Below are positions 1 through 9,277 of a stretch of 59,006 bases of DNA, piece by piece. The stretch is from Solirubrobacteraceae bacterium (GTDB lineage Bacteria; Actinomycetota; Thermoleophilia; Solirubrobacterales; Solirubrobacteraceae): contig JAXDGF010000035.1 of assembly GCA_034665165.1 (NCBI GenBank), positions 1 to 59,006 of the forward strand, read 5' to 3'. The notes below the pieces were generated by a model that worked only from the letters and a program-made list of their open reading frames with translations, ran no database searches and had not been told where the DNA came from. The number at the start of each line of letters is the position of its first letter. Positions within the stretch are counted from its first letter, which is position 1. The translations under genes and the position numbers were made by a program.

Positions 1-416
1 CTCAGCGTCTCCCCTACCCGGTCGAGCGTCGCCTGGGTTGGCTCGTGGCCGTCGGAGCTGAGCAGACCGCGCGCCACCTCGGTGAGCTCGTCAACGGCCT
101 GGCGCTCGCGCCGGCTCGCGTCGCGCAGGGCACCCGGATCGCCGTGTCCGGAGAGCAGCTCGGACTGGGCGCGCTGCAGCTCGTCGCCGGCGTCGAACAG
201 CGAGGCGACGGCCGAGCCCTGGGTGCGCACGAGCTGGTTGACGGTCCAGGCCGCAACCGAGGGCTTGCGCATGACGGCCACCCGCGCCGCTTCGTCCTTG
301 CGGCCCTCGCCGCGCAGAGCCTTGGCGAGCGCGCCGCGCTCAGCGATGAAGCGGTCGAGCGGGAGGCCGTAGAGGTCGCTTGGATCGGAGAGGTCGCTTG
401 GGTCGGAGACCGCCAC
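1..416 (-). CDS. Conserved actinobacterial hypothetical protein, runs off the left edge
   Basis: Manual translation from GTG at 416: MAVSDPSDLSDPSDLYGLPLDRFIAERGALAKALR...RKPSVAAWTVNQLVR, open to position 1. The LYGLP...RKP.VAAW.VN pattern is typical of a widespread actinobacterial hypothetical family. Not in the ORF track because its stop lies outside the window. Confidence 0.75.
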   Translation of the reverse strand, partial: MAVSDPSDLSDPSDLYGLPLDRFIAERGALAKALRGEGRKDEAARVAVMRKPSVAAWTVNQLVRTQGSAVASLFDAGDELQRAQSELLSGHGDPGALRDASRRERQAVDELTEVARGLLSSDGHEPTQATLDRVGETL

Positions 417-492
417 CCGGTGATCCTATGCCCGACAGGCCAGCCGGCTCAGGTCTGCAAGTCGCGGATGGCCCCGGCCGGCGACGCCGCGT

Positions 493-1395
493 TCACGACG
501 TCTTCTGCAGGACGAGCCGGTAGTGGTCGAGGAGCTCGCGCTCGAAGCAGATCCGGTTGGCGCTCACACCCGAGGTGAAGGCGAGCCGGAAGTCGGCGCT
601 CGTCAGCCACCGAGGGAGGAGCTCGAGCTTGATCAGCGCCTTCCTCAGGCTCCGCGCTCCGATCCGCCTGTTCCACTGCGAGATCGTCTCGATGTAGTCG
701 AGTCGGCCGCTCTCGCTCGCGACCAGGCGGAAATGGGGCGCGGCGCAGCGGACGATCTGCTCCCGCCCCGACGGCAGCCATGAGCCCGGGAACTGGCATC
801 CCAGCAGGGCGAGGATCCACCCGTCCGAGTTGCGGGGCGCGCTCGTGCTGATCTGCTCAAGGGGGACCGCATTGCGCCCGAAGACCATTGTCTGCAGATA
901 CAGCCTCCCGGCCTCCGGGAGCACGCCGGCAACTCCGGCGAAGAAGCTGCGGTAGATGTCCTCCTGCCGGCCGGCCGTGTACGCCTGGGGCGAGCAGAAG
1001 TGCTCGAAGGCACCGAGGCTCGCCACCGCGTCGAAGGGGCCGAACTGCTCGCGGGTGATGCGCCGCGCGTCGTGGATGTGCACATCGAGGCCGTGGCGAC
1101 GGCAGGCGGCCGCTTGGGCCGACGACAGCGTCACGCCCACCCCAGCCGCCCCGCGACCGCGGACGTAGTTCAGGAGCCCACCCCAACCGCAGCCGAGGTC
1201 GAGGACGCGGGCACCTGGCCCCAGCCCGATCTGCTCGGCCAGGTAGTCGTGCTTGCGCTGCTGCGCCTGTTCCAGAGTGAGCGAGAAATCGCCGTCGTAC
1301 TTAGCCGCGCTGAAGTCCGCGAGCTCGCCCAGACTGAGACGCACGACCCGGTCGGTGAGCGAGTAGGTGAAGTCGAGATCGTCGCGGTCGGCCAT
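493..1395 (-). CDS. Class I SAM-dependent methyltransferase, cyclopropane-fatty-acyl-phospholipid synthase (CMAS) family
   Basis: VLDLGCGWGG SAM motif, GVTLS, SLGAFEHF, FPGSWLPS. Start set at ATG 1395 (MADRDD). Confidence 0.85.
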   Translation of the reverse strand: MADRDDLDFTYSLTDRVVRLSLGELADFSAAKYDGDFSLTLEQAQQRKHDYLAEQIGLGPGARVLDLGCGWGGLLNYVRGRGAAGVGVTLSSAQAAACRRHGLDVHIHDARRITREQFGPFDAVASLGAFEHFCSPQAYTAGRQEDIYRSFFAGVAGVLPEAGRLYLQTMVFGRNAVPLEQISTSAPRNSDGWILALLGCQFPGSWLPSGREQIVRCAAPHFRLVASESGRLDYIETISQWNRRIGARSLRKALIKLELLPRWLTSADFRLAFTSGVSANRICFERELLDHYRLVLQKTS

Positions 1396-1615
1396 ACACG
1401 CTTCGGCAAGGCTACTCCGACGGACCAACCGACTATTTTCGCCGCACCGACGGACACCTTCGCGACCGCCGAACTCTGGCCGGGTGACGCCACCCCGACC
1501 GCGCCGCCGCTCAAGCCCGGCCGCCCGGGCGTCGATCCCTGTGTTATGAGCGCGCATGACAACACGAGGCCGGCCGGCAACCGGCCGCCGCACCGGGCAC
1601 CGTAAGTCCTTGTTC

Positions 1616-2347
1616 CTACAGCGCGCCGGCCAGCGTCCGCCAGACGCCGGCATCGAAGCCCATCCCGATATGGGTGGTATCGACCTCGATCGCATCGGCC
1701 GCGGGGTCGAGGCACGCCTCCCACCTGACCACCTCGTCGCTCTTCGAATACAGCGACAGGTAGCGGCACGAGGTCGGGAAGGCGCCGAGGAGCTCGCCAC
1801 GAGCGCGAGCGCAGCAGCTTCCCATCTGGCATTTCATGCTGAAACAGCCGGGCACGCCGAGCGTTCCGAGCAGAGCGACGGCGCCGATACTCACCCACGC
1901 CGCCCGGTGCACCGCGAGCTGGTCGCGGGTCGGCGAACCGAGCGTGACCAGCTTCTCCACGAGCTCGGGGCGACGCACGGCCAGCACTCGGCCGAGCGTG
2001 CCGCCCCGGCTCTGGCCGAGCACAACCGCCCGCCGACCCGTCCGCTCGACGACGCTGACCAGGCGAGCTTCGAGCCGCTCGACGAGCGCCTCCATGCAGG
2101 CCATGTTCACGACGATGCCGCTTCGATAGGTGCGGAAGTCCCCCCGCCGCAGCCACACGGCCATCCGTGTGAGCGAGCCGTCACCCGCGAGAAAGCCGGG
2201 GATGAGGAGAATGGGGCGGCCGTCGCCTCGGGGCGGCTCGGGCCAGCGCCCGGCGTCGGCGGTCGAGAGCCACTCGCTGGCGAGTCTGGCCCTGCCTCCC
2301 CGCCTTTCCCGGTCTCCGCCTGTGGGAGCAACGCTCGACGCCGTCAC
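1616..2347 (-). CDS. Alpha/beta hydrolase (lipase/esterase-like)
   Basis: ILLIPGFLAGD, GQSRGG nucleophile elbow, LVTLGSP, YSKSDEVV, HIGM. Confidence 0.85.
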   Translation of the reverse strand: MTASSVAPTGGDRERRGGRARLASEWLSTADAGRWPEPPRGDGRPILLIPGFLAGDGSLTRMAVWLRRGDFRTYRSGIVVNMACMEALVERLEARLVSVVERTGRRAVVLGQSRGGTLGRVLAVRRPELVEKLVTLGSPTRDQLAVHRAAWVSIGAVALLGTLGVPGCFSMKCQMGSCCARARGELLGAFPTSCRYLSLYSKSDEVVRWEACLDPAADAIEVDTTHIGMGFDAGVWRTLAGAL

Positions 2348-2442
2348 GGCTCGGCACGCTACCGGACCATCACCCCGGAATGCGATACTTCGCCGGCGCG
2401 GCCAGGGAGGCCCCGATCTGAGGGCGACAAGGAGGACCTCCC

Positions 2443-3501
2443 ATGACTTCCGCGATCCTGCCGGAGCGGGAAACAGCGGATCCGCTCACCGTCCACGTCC
2501 TGTGGCTCACCACGGGGCTCTCGTGCGACGGCGACTCGGTGGCGATGACCGCGGCGACGAACCCGAGCATCGAGGACATCCTCGGCGGCTTCATCCCTGG
2601 AATGCCGCACGTCGTCCTCCACAATCAGCTCCTCGCCTACGAGAACGGCGACGCCTACATGCAAGCGTGGCACGACGCCGAGAACGGCAAGCTCGGGCCG
2701 GTGATCCTCATCGTCGAGGGCTCGATCGGAAACGAGCAGATCAACGGTGACGGGCATTGGACCGGCTTCGGCGTCGACCCCACGGATGGCCAGCCCATCA
2801 CCGTCAACGACTGGGTGGACCGACTCGCCCCGATGGCCGATGTCGTCGCCGCCTTTGGCACGTGCGCTACCTACGGCGGCATCCCGGCGATGAAGAACAA
2901 TCCGACCGGGGCCATGGGCCTCCCGGATTATCTGGGATGGGATTGGCGATCGCGACGCGGAGTCCCGATCGTGTGCCTCCCCGGCTGCCCCGTGCTCCCC
3001 GACAATATGACCGAGGTGCTCCTCTATCTGACGCTGTTCGTGGGGGGCATGGCCCCGGCGCCCGAGCTCGATGACCAGCTCCGCCCCAAGTGGCTCTTCG
3101 GGCGCACCACGCGCGAAGGGTGCAGCCGCGCCGGCTTCACCGAGCAGGGAAGGTTCGCGACCGAATACGGAAACGACCAGCGGTGCCTGGTCAAGCTCGG
3201 ATGCAAGGGCCCCGTCGTCAAGTGCAACGTATCCCAGCGGGCCTGGATCAACGGCATCGGCGGATGCCCCAACGTGGGCGGGATCTGCATGGCCTGCACC
3301 ATGCCCGGCTTCCCCGACAAGTACATGCCGTTCATGGACCCCGATCCCTGGGGAAGCGTCGCCGCCGACTTCCAGCGCTTCACCTACGGGCCCCTGTTTC
3401 GCTACTTCCGCAAGCGCAATCTGAACCTGAAGTTCGAACACGAACCGGACTGGCGGACTCCGGGCACCACCCTGAGGAGCGGTTATTCCAAGCGCTGGTA
3501 A
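2443..3501 (+). CDS. hhyS: [NiFe]-hydrogenase small subunit, group 1h (actinobacterial high-affinity type)-like; no Tat signal, no adjacent large subunit
   Basis: WLTTGLSCDGDSVA (CxxD proximal motif), VEGSI, GTCATYGGIPAM, PGCP, CLVKLGCKGPVVKCN, GGCPNVGGICMACTMPGFPD. RBS AGGAGG upstream. Confidence 0.9.
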   Translation: MTSAILPERETADPLTVHVLWLTTGLSCDGDSVAMTAATNPSIEDILGGFIPGMPHVVLHNQLLAYENGDAYMQAWHDAENGKLGPVILIVEGSIGNEQINGDGHWTGFGVDPTDGQPITVNDWVDRLAPMADVVAAFGTCATYGGIPAMKNNPTGAMGLPDYLGWDWRSRRGVPIVCLPGCPVLPDNMTEVLLYLTLFVGGMAPAPELDDQLRPKWLFGRTTREGCSRAGFTEQGRFATEYGNDQRCLVKLGCKGPVVKCNVSQRAWINGIGGCPNVGGICMACTMPGFPDKYMPFMDPDPWGSVAADFQRFTYGPLFRYFRKRNLNLKFEHEPDWRTPGTTLRSGYSKRW

Positions 3502-3597
3502 CATCTGCCACAACCGGGCTCGCGAAGCCGGGAGTGGGCACTCGTTCCTTCACCGGCCGTGCAGGGACGATCGGGTGGGCACGGACACCTCCGAATA

Positions 3598-5388
3598 ATG
3601 GCGACCATTACCGAAATACTCCGCTGGGTCGTCTACCGGCTCGGCGCCATCTACAAGGGCCTGGCGGTGCGGGCGATGGCCCGAGACCAGCTCCTGGTCG
3701 GGTCCGAGCGGAAGTTCCGCGCCCTGCTCGAGTCCGCCCCCGACGCGATTGTGATCGTCAACTCGCACGGCCACATCGCGCTTGCGAACGCGCAGGCCGA
3801 GCGCATGTTCGGCTACACCCGCGATGAGCTCATCGGACAGAGCGTCCGCATGCTGATGCCCGAGCGCCACCGCGACCGCCACCGCGAGCACCAGCGAACC
3901 TACCTCAAGGACGCGAAGGCTCGCCCCATGGGCAGCGATCTCGAGCTCCACGGACGCCGCAAGGACGGGACCGAGTTCCCGGTCGAGATCAGCCTCAGCC
4001 CGCTCGAGACCGACACGGGAACGCTCGTCTCGAGCGCGATCCGCGACATCACCGAGCGCAAGCGCAACGAGGCGCTGCTGCAAGAGCTCGCCGATCGCGA
4101 CGCCTTGACCGGTCTGCTCAACCGGCGCAAATTCGAGGAACGCCTCGCCCAGGAGGTGGCGCTGATCGACCGCTACGGCGGCGAGGGCGCCATGCTCTTG
4201 ATCGACATCGACAGCCTCAAGGACGTCAACGACACCCTCGGACACGCCTGCGGCGACGAGATGATCCGCAACGTCGGCGCCGTCATCGCCTCGCGCGTGC
4301 GCGCCACCGACCTCGTCGCTCGCGTGGGTGGAGACGAGTTCGCCGTGCTCCTCCCCCATACCACCGAAGCCGCCGCTACGGCCGTGGCCGAGGACCTCCT
4401 GGCCACCATCCGCAGCCACGATCTCGTGCTCTCCGGCCACCACCTGCGCCCGAGCGTCAGCATCGGGGTGGCGGCCTTCGAGGCCGGCGCGGTGGCGAGC
4501 GACGACGTCATGGTCGCGGCCGACCTCGCGCTCTACGAGGCCAAGGACGCGGGCCGCAACCAGGTGGGCGTGTTCAGCCCTCCCATCTTCGCGACGCCGC
4601 AGAGCCGCGAGCGGGTCTCGTGGTCCAAGCGCATCAGGGCAGGCCTCGATGCCGGCCTCCTCGTCCCTTACCGGCAGCCGATCATGGACCTCAGCGACGG
4701 TTCGATCTCCAGGTACGAGCTCCTTGTTCGCTTGCTCGACGATCACGGAGAGCCCACGCTCCCTCGCGCCTTCCTCCCCACCGCCGAGCGCACCGGGGCC
4801 GTGCGCGACATCGACCGATGCATGATCTCCCACGCGATCGAGCTCATCGCCGCGGCGGAGCAGATCCAGGAAGCCGTCACCTACGAGGTAAACATCTCCG
4901 CCCGCTCGCTCAGCGACTCCGACCTGCTGCCGATGATCTCTCGCTCGATCGTCGAGAGCGGCATCGACCCCTCCGCGCTCGTGTTCGAGATCACGGAGAC
5001 CGCCGCCATCGCCAACATGGAGCAGGTCCGCCGCTTCGCCGGCACGCTCAGGGACCTCGGCTGCAGCTTCGCCTTGGACGACTTCGGCGCCGGCTTCGCG
5101 TCCTTCTACTACCTCAAGCACGTCCCCCTCGACTGGCTCAAGATCGACGGCGATTTCGTCCGCGACCTCCCCCGCAACACCACCGATCAGCTCGTCGTCA
5201 GGCATATCGCCGAGATGGCCCACAGCCTCAGGTTGCGCACCATCGCCGAGTTCGTCGAGGACGCGGAGACGCTCGAGATGCTCATCGACTTCGGCGTCGA
5301 CTGCGGACAGGGACACTACGTCGGCGTTCCGAAGCCGATCCCGACGCTGTGGGCACCCCCTCGCGCGGCGTCGGCCGGTCGTTCCTGA
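3598..5388 (+). CDS. PAS-GGDEF-EAL diguanylate cyclase/phosphodiesterase
   Basis: PAS/PAC (GRRKDGTEFPVEISLS), DALTGLLNRR, RATD I-site, GGDEF, ELLVRL, FEITET, DDFGAG, KIDG, QGHY. Confidence 0.92.
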   Translation: MATITEILRWVVYRLGAIYKGLAVRAMARDQLLVGSERKFRALLESAPDAIVIVNSHGHIALANAQAERMFGYTRDELIGQSVRMLMPERHRDRHREHQRTYLKDAKARPMGSDLELHGRRKDGTEFPVEISLSPLETDTGTLVSSAIRDITERKRNEALLQELADRDALTGLLNRRKFEERLAQEVALIDRYGGEGAMLLIDIDSLKDVNDTLGHACGDEMIRNVGAVIASRVRATDLVARVGGDEFAVLLPHTTEAAATAVAEDLLATIRSHDLVLSGHHLRPSVSIGVAAFEAGAVASDDVMVAADLALYEAKDAGRNQVGVFSPPIFATPQSRERVSWSKRIRAGLDAGLLVPYRQPIMDLSDGSISRYELLVRLLDDHGEPTLPRAFLPTAERTGAVRDIDRCMISHAIELIAAAEQIQEAVTYEVNISARSLSDSDLLPMISRSIVESGIDPSALVFEITETAAIANMEQVRRFAGTLRDLGCSFALDDFGAGFASFYYLKHVPLDWLKIDGDFVRDLPRNTTDQLVVRHIAEMAHSLRLRTIAEFVEDAETLEMLIDFGVDCGQGHYVGVPKPIPTLWAPPRAASAGRS

Positions 5389-5432
5389 GCGCGGGCTCAC
5401 GCTCCCGCACCCGCTCGCCGACATACCTAGAG

Positions 5433-6134
5433 ATGGACTCCTCGCAGTACGCCTTCGTGCAGGGAATGAAGAGCACGCGCACGACGCTGGCGGCGTGGAA
5501 CCGCGAGCCCGGGCCGGTGCTCAGGTCCTGGGTCCTTGGGAGCCTCGGCGCGGCCACGGTGCTCCTCCTCGCCGTGTGGCTCGTGGCCGTGATCACGCCC
5601 GGCGCCCCGCCCAGCTCACTGCGCAAGCCGCCGTTCTTCGTCGGCGGCCCCCGCGACGTTGCTCACGTCCTCTTCGACAACTCGCTCGTGCTGGCGCTCC
5701 ACGCCCTGGCGTGCGTCGCGGGGTTTGTGGCCGGGAGTCAGGTGCCGCTTCAGGCCCGCGCGCAACGCGGTCTCACGCGGCTGATCCACGAGCGAGGCGG
5801 AGCGATCGCGATCGGCTTCGTCGTGGGCGCGACCGTGTTCTCCCTCACCAATCAGGCCTACGTGCTCGGAACCGGACTGGCCGACGCCGCCGTCGCGCTC
5901 CACGCCTCCCCAGGCGTCCTGCTCCTCGGTCTCCTCCCGCACGCCGTGCTGGAGCTCACCGCCCTGTTCCTGCCTCTCGCGGCGTGGATCATCGCTTCCC
6001 GTCGCGGCGAGTGGGACAAGCTCCTTGCCGCCACCCTCGTCACCGTGGTGATCGCCGTCCCCGTCCTGGTCGTCACGGCGCTGTGGGAGGTCTACCTGGC
6101 TCCGCGCCTGCTCCAGGGCGTAATCGGCTACTAG
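5433..6134 (+). CDS. SpoIIM/DUF95-family integral membrane protein
   Basis: Multiple TM segments; LFDNSLV, LLPHAVLELTA and W-E motifs typical of the stage II sporulation protein M family. Confidence 0.75.
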   Translation: MDSSQYAFVQGMKSTRTTLAAWNREPGPVLRSWVLGSLGAATVLLLAVWLVAVITPGAPPSSLRKPPFFVGGPRDVAHVLFDNSLVLALHALACVAGFVAGSQVPLQARAQRGLTRLIHERGGAIAIGFVVGATVFSLTNQAYVLGTGLADAAVALHASPGVLLLGLLPHAVLELTALFLPLAAWIIASRRGEWDKLLAATLVTVVIAVPVLVVTALWEVYLAPRLLQGVIGY

Positions 6135-6153
6135 CCGGCTCGGGCAACGGATC

Positions 6154-7476
6154 CTAGTCGCGCTGCCCGTGCCTCCTTTCGCGCACGTGGCGGCCGTGCT
6201 CGCTCAGGCACCACATCTCCTCACCCGAGGCCGGGTCGGTTCCGGACGGTTCGAGCAGTCCTTCGTTGATCGCGTGAGACCAGGCAGAGACGACGAGGCC
6301 GAGCTCGACGTCGAGCTCCCACGCCGTGAGCTCGATGCTCGCACCGCCCGACTCGGCGAAGTGGGCCGAGACGTCGAGGATGTCGGTGACCGAGGCCGCG
6401 TCCCTCGCCTCGGCGGCCTCAGAGCCCGCGCGCCCGGCGACCAGCTGCTCCTCGGTCTCGGATGTCATCGTGCTGGCGCGGGCGGTGGTGCCACCGCCGG
6501 ACGCCTTCGCGACGAGCAGCGCTTCGTCGGCCGCCACGAGCAGGGCCTGCAAAGAGGTGCCCGGACGCCATTGGGCGACGCCGATCGAAGCGTCGACCGG
6601 GTCGTGGGGTAGGTTGATCATCGTGCTCGTGATCGTCGAGCGCAGACGGCTTGAGAGCTGCATCGCGGTGACCTCGTCCGTATCGGGGAGCAGGATCACG
6701 AACTCGTCCCCCCCATAGCGCCCGAGCGTGTCCTCGCTCCGGATCCCGGCGCGGAGAACGGCGGCGATGCTCGCGAGCACCCTGCTCCCATGGAGGTGGC
6801 CGTAGCGATCGTTGACGCGCTTGAACCGATCCAGGTCGACGAAGCTGCAAGAGAGCGGGCGGCTGTGGCGTTCACTGCGGGCGACCTCACGGCGGAGCTC
6901 GTGGAGAAACGCCGCTTGGGTCAGGCATCCGGTCAGGCCGTCGATCCGCCCGCCCGAGAGCAGGCCGTCGAGCGCGTCCCCGTCGTGCAGGCACAGCGAC
7001 GCTACCCGTGCATAAGACTCCGCTACCCACAGCGTTGTCGTCAGGTCATGCGCAGGATCACGCGTGAACCCTGCGCACAGCACCCCGCGCGGACCGCGCA
7101 GCGGGGTCACCGGCACTCCGAGCGCCTGGGTGATCTTCTCTCCCGACGCCGGCTCACCCAGGCCCGCGGTCTCGGCGTCGATTGGTTCGACGACCGCGCG
7201 CCCGAGTCCCAGCGCACGGTCGAGGAATCCGTCCGCCGGCCGAGAGGTCGGCAGACCGTCCCGCCCCGCCGCTGCGCCCCAGGCAGCGAGCACCCCCACG
7301 TTTTTCCCCGCCTCGTCGAGCACCGCAAGCAGCGCCAGCTCGGCACCGACGGCGCGCGCCAGGTCACGAACGATCAGACCCAGCCCTGCGCTGTCATCCG
7401 GCTCCAGAGCCTCAATGACCCCGTCGAGGAGCCTCGGCCGAGGACTTTCGTTCCGTGCACCGTCTGGTGCATCCAT
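6154..7476 (-). CDS. Sensor (GAF-like) diguanylate cyclase
   Basis: DGLTG, DLDRFKRVNDRYGHLHG, RSED I-site, YGGDEF. Start ambiguous (7476 or 7542). Confidence 0.88.
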   Translation of the reverse strand: MDAPDGARNESPRPRLLDGVIEALEPDDSAGLGLIVRDLARAVGAELALLAVLDEAGKNVGVLAAWGAAAGRDGLPTSRPADGFLDRALGLGRAVVEPIDAETAGLGEPASGEKITQALGVPVTPLRGPRGVLCAGFTRDPAHDLTTTLWVAESYARVASLCLHDGDALDGLLSGGRIDGLTGCLTQAAFLHELRREVARSERHSRPLSCSFVDLDRFKRVNDRYGHLHGSRVLASIAAVLRAGIRSEDTLGRYGGDEFVILLPDTDEVTAMQLSSRLRSTITSTMINLPHDPVDASIGVAQWRPGTSLQALLVAADEALLVAKASGGGTTARASTMTSETEEQLVAGRAGSEAAEARDAASVTDILDVSAHFAESGGASIELTAWELDVELGLVVSAWSHAINEGLLEPSGTDPASGEEMWCLSEHGRHVRERRHGQRD

Positions 7477-7720
7477 CGCTTTCAAAACCCCCTTGGCTCG
7501 CTCCACCCGAGCTAACCTCACTCCGCCGTGGACGACGCGCAACCGGCCATGCGGATGACCGAAAGTGCCTTTCCGCGCTCAGGTTGCAGCCCACGACACG
7601 TTCAGTGTCCGCGCACACGGACCGCCACACGCGCGAGTCTACCCCGCCAGGCCGATTTCAGTCCTAGTTGGACGAATGTGTCTTGTGAATGACGCGGGCG
7701 ACCACTATGTGCACAGCCCC

Positions 7721-7784
7721 TTGACTAGTTCTTAGCGACTGCTAAGCTGCCGTGCTAAGTAGTTAGCACTCACTATTCAGGAGG
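7721..7784 (+). promoter_or_regulatory. Sigma70-type promoter with two overlapping inverted repeats (probable TetR operators) and RBS
   Basis: TTGACT(7721)-16 bp-TAAGCT(7743); CTTAGC-gact-GCTAAG (7731-7746); GTGCTAA-gtag-TTAGCAC (7752-7769); AGGAGG at 7779. Confidence 0.7.
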
Positions 7785-7793
7785 CGTCAGGCG

Positions 7794-9254
7794 ATGAAAA
7801 GCAATATCCGGCAGGCATGGACTCTGGCGATCGTCTCGATCGGGCTGTTTATGGTCGTCCTCGACAACCTGGTCGTGAACGTCGCTCTTCCGAGCATCCA
7901 TCGTGACCTCGGCGCCTCGATTCAGTCGCTCGAATGGACGGTCAACGCGTACGTGCTCGCCTATGCCGTCCTCCTCCTGACCGGGGCGGCTCTCGGGGAC
8001 CGCTTCGGACGCAAGCGGATGTTCATCACCGGGATCGCGCTATTCACCGCTTCTTCGGCCGCCGCGGCGCTGGCGCCGTCGACCGGCCTGCTCATCGCGG
8101 CCCGCGCCGCGCAGGGGATCGGCGCCGCCATCGTGACGCCGCTCACTCTTACCCTGATCGCCGACGCGTTCCCCCCGAACCGGCGTGGCGTTGCCCTCGG
8201 GGTATGGTCGGGAATCAGCGGAACGGCCGTCGCTCTGGGCCCGCTCGTCGGCGGAGCGGTCATCCAGGCCGCGTCTTGGCACTGGATCTTCTGGATCAAT
8301 GTGCCCATCGGGATCGCGCTGGTCCCGCTCGCGGCCACCCGCCTCGCCGAGAGCCACGGGGCCTCACGACAGCTTGACCTGGGCGGTCTCGCCCTGGCCT
8401 CGACCGGCCTATTCGGGATCGTCTTCGGCCTCGTGCAATCTCAGTCTCACGGCTGGACCAACCCGACGGTCCTGAGCGCTCTCATCGCCGGCACGGTGCT
8501 CATCCTCACCTTCATCGCTTACGAGCTCCGTGCCGAGGAGCCGATGCTCCCGCTCGGCTTCTTCGCCAACCGCACCTTCGCGGTCACCAACGTGGTCTCG
8601 CTGGCCATGTACTTCGGCATGTTCGGCTCGATCTTCTTCCTTAGCCAGTATCTCCAGAACGTGCTCGGAAGCACCCCGCTCCAAGCCGGGGTCAAGCTCC
8701 TCGTGTGGACCGGCGCGACGATGATCTCCGCCCCGCTCGCGGGCTACTTCTCCGAGCGCTACGGGAGCCGCCTGTTCATGGTCGCCGGGCTCGGTCTTCA
8801 GGCCATCGCGCTGGCATGGCTCGCTGCCCTCGCGGGCCTCCATTTGTCCTACGCGAGCATGGTGGCGCCGTTTGCTCTGGCGGGCGCGGGCATGGGGCTT
8901 GTGTTCGCGCCCTCGGCCGCCGCCGTGCTCGCCTCGGTACGGACCGACCAGGCCGGTCAGGCGTCGGGCGCCACCAACGCGATCCGCGAGCTCGGCGGCA
9001 CGCTCGGCATCGCCGTGCTCGCGACGGTGTTCACCTCACACGGAAGCTACGCCTCGCACCAGGCGTTCGTGAACGGGCTCATCCCGGCCATGTGGGTCGG
9101 CGTCGCCGTCCTCGGGCTCGGGGCACTCATCGCCGCCGTGCTCCCCTTCGATACCCGTGCCCTGGCCGCGCAGGCCGCCGCCGACGAAGCGACCGAGGCG
9201 ACCGAGGCGACCGAAGCGACCGAGAGGGTTACCGCGGTGGGCCTCGCCGCCTGA
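7794..9254 (+). CDS. DHA2 family (EmrB/QacA) MFS efflux permease
   Basis: LDNLVVNVALPSI, WTVNAY, GDRFGRKR motif A, WHWIFWINVPIG; about 14 TM helices. Confidence 0.93.
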   Translation: MKSNIRQAWTLAIVSIGLFMVVLDNLVVNVALPSIHRDLGASIQSLEWTVNAYVLAYAVLLLTGAALGDRFGRKRMFITGIALFTASSAAAALAPSTGLLIAARAAQGIGAAIVTPLTLTLIADAFPPNRRGVALGVWSGISGTAVALGPLVGGAVIQAASWHWIFWINVPIGIALVPLAATRLAESHGASRQLDLGGLALASTGLFGIVFGLVQSQSHGWTNPTVLSALIAGTVLILTFIAYELRAEEPMLPLGFFANRTFAVTNVVSLAMYFGMFGSIFFLSQYLQNVLGSTPLQAGVKLLVWTGATMISAPLAGYFSERYGSRLFMVAGLGLQAIALAWLAALAGLHLSYASMVAPFALAGAGMGLVFAPSAAAVLASVRTDQAGQASGATNAIRELGGTLGIAVLATVFTSHGSYASHQAFVNGLIPAMWVGVAVLGLGALIAAVLPFDTRALAAQAAADEATEATEATEATERVTAVGLAA

Positions 9255-9277
9255 TCGGTCCCTACGATCCAATCTCA

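Noticed and set aside
3550-5424. Long antisense or alternate-frame ORFs (e.g. 3550-5424 -, 33650-34918 +, 36349-37737 +, 53845-55335 -)
   Set aside because: Shadow ORFs of well-supported genes, expected in high-GC DNA; no motifs.
7545-7590. Possible c-di-GMP riboswitch upstream of the GGDEF gene (GCGGA...GAAA...TCCGC hairpin)
   Set aside because: Lacks the GEMM GCAAA/GGGACGCAAAGCC pattern, and the GAAA word is on the strand opposite the gene.
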